This document shows positions 49,545 through 58,874 of a stretch of DNA of 58,874 bases, in pieces (position 1 is the stretch's first letter; the number at the start of each line of letters is the position of its first letter). Location of the stretch: positions 1 through 58,874 of the forward strand of contig NW_021834154.1 in assembly GCF_006345805.1 (NCBI RefSeq). The letters run 5' to 3'. This DNA comes from Octopus sinensis (lineage: Eukaryota). The notes under the pieces are model-generated. The model did no database searches, had not been told where the DNA came from, and was given only the letters and a program-made list of their open reading frames with translations. The position numbers and the translations under genes are program-made.

Positions 49545-52386
49545 AGATCCCGTTCCTGAGAGACTTTGTTGCATGCAATCAAGCCTTATGCATAGCACTT
49601 ACAGAAACGCACCTGAAACCGGACATAGCAGATGCGGAGTTACACATACCGCAGTATGCTGTACTACGGACTGACAGGAAAGAAAGGAGTCATGGAGGTG
49701 TTGCTATGTACATCCGTGAGGACCTCACACCCCAGGTCCTCTTGTCATACTCAAACTCGGTGTGTGACACACTAATTGTACATATTAGGCAACTTGATGT
49801 AGTTGTGTGTGCTACATATCGCCCTCCAGATGCCCCAAGCCATGTGGGCAAGTTTGAAGACTGCCTTATAAAAATAGAAGAAATTCTAACCACATTAGAA
49901 CAACACATAGGTGTGCTTCTTATGGGAGACTTCAATCTGCCCAATGTCAGATGGCCCGAGGGCCTTTCTCTCCCAGGAATGACAAGATGTGAACGAGGAC
50001 AGGCGAGGTCCCTCCTGAACCTCATCAACACCCTGTACATGGAGCAGGTAATACTCCAACCAACCAGGGCAGGTAACACACTGGATCTCTGCTTCACAAA
50101 TGACATGGATCTCATCCATAATGTGAAAGTGACACCGACACTACTCTCGGATCACAACATGATAGAGCTGACCATGTACGGGCCAAAAGAGAGCACGGAC
50201 ATGCAGCCTACAAGAAACCCTCAAAATGTTTCCAGCTTGAACTACCATAAGGCAAACTGGAAACAAATTGAGAAAGAGATCCTCAAACAAAACTGGCCTA
50301 AATGTCTCTCCTCGCCAGACATCGACGTGAAACTTCAACAATTCATGTCTGTAATGCAAGCCATATGCTACAAATGTGTCCCAGAGAGAAAGGCCACTGT
50401 ACACAAGAACAAAATCCCCAGAGAGAGAAAATTTTAATGAGACGGCGTACGAAATTTTCAAATCGCCTAAACAAACAGATTGAAAGCAGTGAAAAGTCCC
50501 CGCCTAAAAATAAAACTGTTGGAAATCGAAAAATGTCTGCACCTCTCCCATGAAAAAGAAAGAGCAGACAAAGAAGCCTGGGCTATAGAAAACATAAAAT
50601 CTAACCCCAGAGCTTTCTACAGGTATGCCAAAGAAACAGCTACAGTGCACTGTAGAATAGGGCCACTCCTCGAAAAGGATGGCACACTTACAGGAAAACC
50701 AATGAGGGTAAGTGAAATACTGAATGAGCAATTCAAGAGTGTTTTCACTCCACCCTTGGGCATCTCCAAATCACCAATCCACTGACTTTTTTACCACTGC
50801 AGATATAAAATCAGAGGCGGCGACGATAGATTACTCGATATAAAGGAAGACGATGTAACCAAGGCTATAGATGAAATGAAAAGAGACTCAGCTACTGGCC
50901 CCGATGGATTCCCGGCAATCCTCCTAAAAGCATGTAAGAGAGTCCTAGCAAGACCACTGCAGTTCCTCTTTCAGAGCTTCCTTGCAGCTGGCAAACTTCC
51001 AGGAAAACTGAAGGAAGGTAAAATATGCCCTATTCATAAAGGAGGTAGCAGAGCGGAAGCCAAGAACTATAGACCTATCTCTCTGACCTCACACATCAGC
51101 AAGGTCATGGAACGAATAGTCAGAAGGAAGCTGATCACCTTCCTTGAAGAGAATGACTTGCTCCCGACACCCAACATGGTTTCCGACCAGGGAGAGAAGC
51201 TGTTTAACGCAGCTCCTACAACACTATGACTGGGTGCTGAAACGGCTGCTCAACCACTCAAATGTGGAGGTGATATATCTCGACTTTGCAAAGGCCTTTG
51301 ATAAAGTCGATCATGGAATGATATGTCACAAACTGCGCGTGATCTCAACATAGTTGGAAAACTGGGAGAATGGCTTCATGACTTTCTGAAGGATAGAAGT
51401 CATGTGGTAGTAGCCAATGGGGCCACCTCCATTAACACACAAATAGTGAGCGGTGTTCCGCAGGGCACTGTTCTGGGACCACTACTGTTCATAATGGCCC
51501 TCTCAGACATGCCCTCAGCCACGCAGAGAGCCACGATCACAAGTTATGCAGATGATACAAAAGTTTCACAGGCAATACAGAACCCTGAGGACACTAAACA
51601 CCTGCAATGTGAGCTGGACGAAATATACAAGTGGGCTGAAAAGAATAGCATGCAGTTCAATGCTGGAAAGTTTCAAGCTTTATACTATCAGCATGCAAAA
51701 CTGAATGCAATACCCAATGAATACACTGGACCCGGAGGGATTGCAATCCCAGAGGCACAATCGGTGCGTGACCTGGGTATTCACTATTGCTCTCAGCTAT
51801 GGTCACCATCCAGTGTCAAGTTGATCACAGAACTTGAGGCGATCCAACGAAGCTACACAAAGAAGATAGCCTCTATGCAGAATGTAAGCTACTGGGAAAG
51901 ACTCAAGAGATTAAAATTATATTCCCTGGAGCGTAGGCGGAAAGATATGCCATAATATACATCTGGAAGATCCTGGAGGGAAGTGTCCTGAACTTTGGCA
52001 TCGAGAGTTACGCAAATGCCAGAACTGGGCGCCACTGCGTGGTGCCTAGGACTCCAACCTGCCATCAAGATGTAGGACAAGATTCTGTGATAGCCTGGGC
52101 TTCCGAGGCCCACAGCTCTTCAATATCCTCCCGAAGAACCTGAGAGACCTGCATGGGGTGGATACAGAGTCTTTAAAATGAAGCTGGATCTCTTCCTGTC
52201 AGGTGTCCCAGATGAACCAACTTCACGGCAGGAGGGGCAGATGAGGGCAGCTGCATCGAACTCTCTCATGCACCAATAGCAGTTGCTAGAAAGCCTCCAT
52301 GAAGTGAAACCAAGTAGCAACACCAAATGGCGGTGCCCCCACATGGCCACAGCTCATAAGCTGAAACTAGAATCAATCAATCAATC
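49545..52386 (+). mobile_element. 5'-truncated CR1-clade LINE (APE plus RT), decayed, inserted in (TA)n
   Basis: APE motifs LTETHL, HGGVAMYI, YRPP, GDFNLP, LDL.FT, SDHNMI. RT motifs GPDG, NYRPISLT, YLDFAKAFDKVDH, GVPQGTVLGPLLF, YADD (51545-51556), VRDLGI, LYSLERRR. Several frameshifts, an internal deletion near 51780, and an (AATC)n tail. Confidence 0.95.
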
Positions 52387-52394
52387 ATATATAT

Positions 52395-52426
<32 letters not shown>

Positions 52427-52568
52427 CTATATTATAAGTAATAACTTGCACCTCATATTCGAGGCACTCAATTATGAGCCCACTGCATTCTATAGTAGAA
52501 AAAGGTGTAAGCTAATGAAGTCTATATGGTAATCGTTATTATTCCTTTTCCTTTATTCTATTTAACTC

Positions 52569-52610
<42 letters not shown>

Positions 52611-52649
52611 TGTGTGTGTGTGTGAGTGTGTGTTGTGTGTGTATGTATG

Positions 52650-52697
<48 letters not shown>

Positions 52698-52779
52698 TAT
52701 ATATATACTTACAAGGTGAGGAAAAGTGTACATACGCCGCTATATGTATATAGAATATAAAAAGTGGAATATATATATA

Positions 52780-52819
<40 letters not shown>

Positions 52820-52859
52820 TATGTGCATATACATGCACACAAGTATATACATACATACA

Positions 52860-52891
<32 letters not shown>

Positions 52892-52911
52892 CATACTTGT
52901 GTGCATGTGTG

Positions 52912-53035
52912 TGTGTGTAGTAAGAAGGTTGCTTCCAAAGAACAGGGTTCCGGGTTCAGTCCCACTAGGCGGCAACTTGGACACATGTCTTCAACTATAG
53001 TCTTAGACAGACCAAAACTTTGTGGATGATTTGTT
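52912..53035 (+). mobile_element. SINE family A, 5' half
   Basis: GTAGTAAGAAG.TTGCTT..GGTTCCGGGTTCAGTCCCACT..CTTGGACACATGTCTTC. Confidence 0.75.
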
Positions 53036-53539
53036 GACAATAAAGAAATAAGAAACTAGAGAGAGAGAGAGAGAGAGAGAGAGATGTGTGTATAGCTTTC
53101 ACGTACACACTAATACGTAAAACCCTCTTTAGAAAGAAAATGCTAACAGAAATTGGAGAAAAACCGCTTGAGGCGCAAGAAATAACTGTCGTGGTCATAC
53201 CTACCGACATACCTACACACATGTGTTCTTAGGTGCAAAAGATTTTTTAGAGACTGCATCAGTATTATTTTCACTTGCTAGTATATTGTTATTTATATTA
53301 AAGTTGATACGAAAATAAAAAAAACACCAAGGATAAAAACAACAGCAATAATAATAATAGTGATAGTAACAACAACTACAACAACAATGGTAATATCAAC
53401 AGAAATAGCTTAATAAAATACAAAATGTTTTAAAAATTACATCAAAGCAAAATAAATCTCTCTACAATTACTTCAAAGTTTTATATTACATATATATATA
53501 TCAATATATATATATATATATCTATATATGAACAGATGC

Positions 53540-53579
<40 letters not shown>

Positions 53580-53581
53580 AT

Positions 53582-53651
<70 letters not shown>

Positions 53652-53841
53652 CACAGAGATATATATATTCATATATCTAATATATACATACATGCATACA
53701 TACATATATGCATATATAATTAATATACCCATACATTCAGCAACATAAAATATACACCAAAATTTCGACATAAGCATTAAAAAGAACGTTCATGGACACA
53801 GCTACACACAGAATCACACACACAAACACATACACAACACA

Positions 53842-53905
<64 letters not shown>

Positions 53906-54141
53906 TACTCACATATATACAAGCACACGTTCATATCCAAACACGTACGGACATAAATCATTCATCACAATTTAAACATATACATACATAGACTTAAGCG
54001 ATGCTTTCTATTATATAGAAACACAAATATATAGAGTTAGATACATCACTTTATAACCAGGTTATAAACATATAACAACGTTCACTGTAAAAACGTGGAA
54101 ATAAAATCTATCCAATATTGTAGGGACATACACATATGGAA

Positions 54142-54209
<68 letters not shown>

Positions 54210-54224
54210 ATATATATATAAGAA

Positions 54225-54424
54225 CGCCATGATAGATCGTTAGCTTCTACACGCATTTTTTTCTCCTTGTTTCTCTCCTTGGTTTTTTTCTGTGTATCTT
54301 TCTGTCGAAGAGCGTAGACTCGAAACGTAAAAGTCTTGTTCTATTTTATTCCTGAGCGCCATACTAATACATTCTTTGTTGTTATCCGCCTGCCTTCGTC
54401 TTTTGTTTATTTTCGTAACCTTCC

Positions 54425-54430
<6 letters not shown>
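54225..54430 (+). mobile_element. Short HHR-bearing element (same family as 31130-31340) between (TA)n tracts
   Basis: TCTTT-CTGTCGA-A-GAGC(GTAG)ACTC-GAAAC-GTA-AAAG at 54297-54333. Confidence 0.75.
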
Positions 54431-54463
<33 letters not shown>

Positions 54464-54517
54464 GTGTGTGTTGTTGTGTGTGTGTGTGGAGTATATATAT
54501 GTGGAGTATATATATAT

Positions 54518-54932
54518 AGGTGTAGGAGTGGCTGTGTGGTAAGTAGCTTGCTTACGAACCGCATGGTTCCGGGTTCAGTTCCACTGCATGGCACCTTGGG
54601 CAAGTGTCTTCTACTATAGCCTCGGGTCGACCAAAGCCTTGTGAGTGGATTTGGTAGACGGAAACTGAAAGAAGCTTGTCGTATATATGTATATATATAT
54701 ATGTATGTGCATGTGTGTGCGTGTGTTTGTGTGTCTGTGTTTGTCCCCCTAGCATTGCTTGACAACCGATGCTGGTGTCTTTATGTCCCCATCATTCAGC
54801 GGTCCGGCAAAAGAGACCTATAAAATAAGTACTGGGCTTACAAAGAATAAGTCCCAGGGTCGAGTTGCTCGATTAAAAAAGGCGGTGCCCCAGCATGGCC
54901 GCAGTCAAATGACTGAAACAAGTAAAAGAGTA
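54518..54932 (+). mobile_element. SINE family A, full-length
   Basis: A-box GTGGCTGTGTGGTAAG, B-box GGTTCAGTTCC, CORE-like CACCTTGGGCAAGTG, internal microsatellite, 3' stem-loop CAGTC-AAAT-GACTG. Confidence 0.93.
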
Positions 54933-55608
54933 TATATATATATACAAAATTTAGAGGACTGACCACTAAAAGTGGACAGCCTGTATACTAGATATAGACG
55001 TCAAAATCGCCATTTTCCACGAAGAATGTGTTCTCAGGAAAAAATTCAGCAAAAAGCCAAAGTTTAAAAATAAGTAAGACAAATGAAAATATACGAAATA
55101 AAAAACGATTACCTATGTACTAATTAGTTTCACTTGTTAATATTTACGTATATGGACACGCAAACATCTGCAAGATCATCAGCATAGTCTGTCGTTTACA
55201 AAACACAATTTCCAGAACTAGATACAGGGCGCTCAACCGAATTCCAGCATGTATAAAGTTCCACAAATTATATTTATGTGTATCTTTCAAACACCTTCAC
55301 TTTGACGCGCTGAGATCGGAAATTACTCTGCAGTTAAACTACAGAAGGCTTATGTTTTTTTCTTTATATGGATATATTCAAGAATCCATCTTTTTGTTCA
55401 TTTATTTTGAGTCAAATTTGAAAATACCACCAACTAATTTCTAAAAAGCTGCAAACCATTTGTATATGGTAATTATACAGATAGGTATGTAGGTAGGTAG
55501 GTAGGTAGGTAGGTAGGTAGGTATGTAGGTAGGTAGGTAGGAAGGAAGGTAGGTAGGTAGGTAGGTAGGTAGGTAGGTAGGTAGGTAGGTAGGTAGGTAG
55601 GTAGATAA

Positions 55609-55677
<69 letters not shown>

Positions 55678-55798
55678 CATACGTACATATGCACATATAT
55701 ATATAGATATATACACAATGTATTCATATATATACATACATGTATACGTAAACACACACATACACACACAGACACGCAGATATATATGTGTGTGTATG

Positions 55799-55830
<32 letters not shown>

Positions 55831-55870
55831 AATGAGTGTATGTATATATATATATGTATATATGTAAAAC

Positions 55871-55905
<35 letters not shown>

Positions 55906-55935
55906 AGTGTCTGTGTGTATGTATGTATATATATG

Positions 55936-55966
<31 letters not shown>

Positions 55967-55981
55967 GTGTGTGTGTGTGTG

Positions 55982-56019
<38 letters not shown>

Positions 56020-57134
56020 CGCATAGGAAACTATACATTCTTTCGTGTAATGAATACTACTACCTTCAAAAAGTTGCCATTAATGCAAGCCTGGCACAAA
56101 AAATCTTATCTTCAAGAAGCCCTTCCTGCACCACCACCACCTCTTGAGGAGAATATTGTAGCACTAATCAAGGAGCGATGAACTTGAACTGATAACAACA
56201 CGTGGCCTACTGATACGTATGCCTTGGCAAAACAGGAAACTAAGGTCAGTCATCGCAACTCACGGAATTATCAAAAGCAATTTAAGTAGACTTTTTAATT
56301 CAATTAAGACTTATACAAAGGACAAGGGATGGCCTCTCGGTTATATACTTGAATAGTACGAAGAACTAATGGGGTTTAAAATAGCCCTACAACTCACAAT
56401 TCAGCGCGGAGCAGTTACACCAGCAAGCTGCCTCTGTTGAGAATGAATACGCTGCTCTCTCCAACAAGCTCACCCACCAAAAATGCACAGCAAATAAATG
56501 TATCAAAGACCAGTAGCTGCATTCGGTTAATATTCACGATACCGAGAGACAGAGTCCACAACGACAGAACCACTTTACACTTGATTGGAGTTTGGCTAAG
56601 ATAACTGTTCATATTTAATAGTGACTCGAAGAAAACGTTGACCAGTTAAGAAATATGGATATCAATAGCAGCCTGTCAAAACTCCTACATCTTCAATGAA
56701 CAATGCGATAAGTATCTTGGAATTGATAAGAATATTGCACATGCCAGCGCTGTGAGCAAACTATAGTCGCAAAGAAACACTTCAAACTTTGGAAGCTGTA
56801 AAAGTCAGAGCTACCTGCACATCCCTCCCTTTTTTGTAGTGATTGTGCTAGAACCAACATTTGTGATTATAGAAGCGACACTTCAAGGGGATCTGTAACT
56901 TTGACATCATAACTCTGAAGATACTTATCGCCGTTATCAGCAGTAACACTGACAGGATCTCTGTTAGGCGGAAAGACAGAGATGTAAAGGCAGTTCAAAC
57001 GGTATTAGGATACTGTATCGCATCATTTAAACAACAGCCACTGAACAGTAAAAAGATAAATTATTTCATGGCGTATACTCACTAGTGAAAATAATATCAT
57101 CTGGAGAGTAGCTAAACGATTCTTGAATCGTTTA

Positions 57135-57530
57135 GCTACTCTGTAAGTAACTTGCTTACCACCCATATGGTTCTGGGTTCATTCCTACCGCGTGGCGCCT
57201 TAGGTAAGTGTCTTCTACTATAGCCTCGTGCCGACCAAAGCTTGTGAGTGGATTTGGTAGACGGAAACTGAAAGCAGCCCGTCATATATATATATGTATA
57301 TATTATATACCTATATATATATATATATATGTGCATGTCTGTGTATATGCTTGTGTGTCTGTGTTTGTCCCCCTAACATCGCTTGACAACCGATGGTGGT
57401 GTGTTTACGTCCCCGTAACTTAGCGGTTCGGCAAAAGAGACCGATAGAATACGTCCTGAGGTCGATTTGCTCGAGTAAAGGCGGTGCTCCAGCATGGCCG
57501 CAGTCAAATGACTGGAATAAGTAAAAGAAT
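57135..57530 (+). mobile_element. SINE family A, full-length
   Basis: Matches 54518-54932 with a short internal deletion. Confidence 0.9.
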
Positions 57531-57679
57531 GGGTATTCTGACTGTAAACATTTCTCTGTAATCCAAGAATTTCTGGCCTAGGGTAAACACAATTTATGAG
57601 AAAAAATATTCATTATAACAACAGAAGGTTAGGCATGAACACAATAAATCTAGCATTTCAGAGAAGATTAATATCATTG

Positions 57680-57890
57680 GTCTCAAATTTTGGTACAGAG
57701 CCAGTAATTTAAGGGGAGGGGGGAATAAGTCGATTGTATCTACCCCAGTGCTCAAATGATACTTATTTTATCGCCATGAAAGGAATGAAAGGCAAAGTTG
57801 ATCTCGAGTTTGAACTCAGAAAGTTAAGACGGGCGAAATGCCGCATAGCATTTTGCCCGGTGAACTAACGATTCTGCCCGCTCGCCGCCT
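57680..57890 (-). mobile_element. SINE family B, diverged
   Basis: ATAAGTCGATTG..CCCCAGTG..ATGAAAGGCAAAGTTGA..TTTGAACTCAGAA..CTCGCCGCC. Confidence 0.8.
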
Positions 57891-57949
57891 TATAGAAGGT
57901 TAACAATATTGATAAGAGGAATAGCTTTTCTTGGACATGTTATAAATAT

Positions 57950-58310
57950 ATCACATTCCGCCTTCACCATTCAGAAACAGGAGAAAACTTGTAGATACTT
58001 GATCAATAAGAAAAGATAACGATGCCTCCAAACCTACATGTTGTAAATGAAAATGTCGATTGTGTGCCTTAGCTGTTTGGAAGATATCTCCTACGTTATC
58101 ACTTACTGCTCAAAAATGTTCGCCATTCAGAAACAAGGGATAGCTTGTAGATACCTGATCAATACAAAAAGATAACAATATCTGTAAAAACCAACAAACT
58201 GTACCTGTGTATGTAAATTATGCCTTACTAGTTTATACGATATCTCCTACATTATCACTTGCTAGCCAAAAAAATGTTCACAAGGCACTAACTATCTCCT
58301 ACGAGACATG
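57950..58310. repeat. Degenerate ~155 bp tandem repeat (2-3 partial units)
   Basis: CATTCAGAAACA..CTTGTAGATAC.TGATCAATA at ~57970 and ~58123; ATATCTCCTAC at ~58083, ~58240 and ~58294. Confidence 0.75.
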
Positions 58311-58874
58311 ATACTGTTGTCAAAAATATTTACACTGCAATCGCTGGGAAAGATTGTTCCGATAATCATAAAAAAAAATAGATACACCGGAGCTAGAATG
58401 TGTGGACATCTTTAAAAAGCAAACTGAAATAGTTGTGGAGCTTCTCTCAAAATTTCTTAATTCGGTTCAAGCGCAACAAATGTGATATTGCTTTATGAGA
58501 CAAGAGACAAACGCCATTCAGTTTCGTAGAGATCAGCTGTCCAGAGGATGTGAATGTCTCGTGTAAAACACCATGGTCAGCTACTGCTGAAATTTACAGC
58601 TCGTGTATCCAGACTATCATTTGACTATGATATCATAGGTGCCGGCATGGCTATATATATATATATATATATAACCCATATATACACGTGACTGCGTTAT
58701 ATGTTTGTTCATTTTAGGAAGCATTAATGAAGAATCTTCGGGATTTTTGCCAATTTTTGCTGTGCTACTAATGAATTGGATATGGTATGTGCAGGCTAGT
58801 TGATTTGGTTCTTCTTTCGAAAACAAAATACGAGACCGAAGCCTTGTGAGTGAATTTAGGTGAATGAAACTGAA

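Noticed and set aside
49380-55080. Inverted ~85-140 bp homologues at ~49380-49516 and ~54955-55080 as TIRs of one element enclosing the LINE
   Set aside because: The sharp homology boundary faces inward in both copies and similarity fades outward, so they look like two separate copies of one repeat.
56020-56830. Possible exon or R4/Dong-type LINE remnant (KYLGID motif near 56710)
   Set aside because: Only a 5-6 residue motif, too weak without a profile search.
56910-56985. CTGAAGA..GGCGGAAAG as a hammerhead
   Set aside because: Stem II is not adjacent to the core and there is no NUH site.
196-58826. The many YI/CV/MYVC/poly-D/poly-I/poly-K ORFs in the track as proteins
   Set aside because: They are translations of (TA)n, (TG)n, (TATG)n, (TAGA)n, (ATC)n and (AAG)n microsatellites, with no domain content.

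Overview
AT-rich, extremely microsatellite- and repeat-dense eukaryotic DNA. The SINE families look like octopus/cephalopod tRNA-derived SINEs (inference, from recall of those families). I find no host protein-coding exon I can support, and nearly all ORFs in the track are microsatellite translations. Recognisable content: many copies of three tRNA-derived SINE families; a decayed near-full-length Penelope-like element (PLE; RT plus GIY-YIG, ~19.8-23.3 kb); three further PLE GIY-YIG fragments, one forming a ~2.4 kb palindrome; a 5'-truncated CR1-clade LINE (49.5-52.4 kb) whose 3' stem-loop is shared with the commonest SINE; Tc1/mariner remnants and MITEs; a HERO/R2-type zinc-knuckle fragment; an 18S rRNA fragment; and a 2.7 kb (ATC)n patchwork. 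The main hidden signal is about a dozen type I hammerhead ribozyme (HHR) motifs from several unrelated sequence families, some with non-canonical cores (U3-A8, U4C, A6U). One sits in an ORF-less ~530 bp tandem unit folded back on itself at 9.5-10.9 kb, a retrozyme candidate. Most long fold-back inversions in the window involve these PLE/HHR elements, and the elements usually abut (TA)n tracts.
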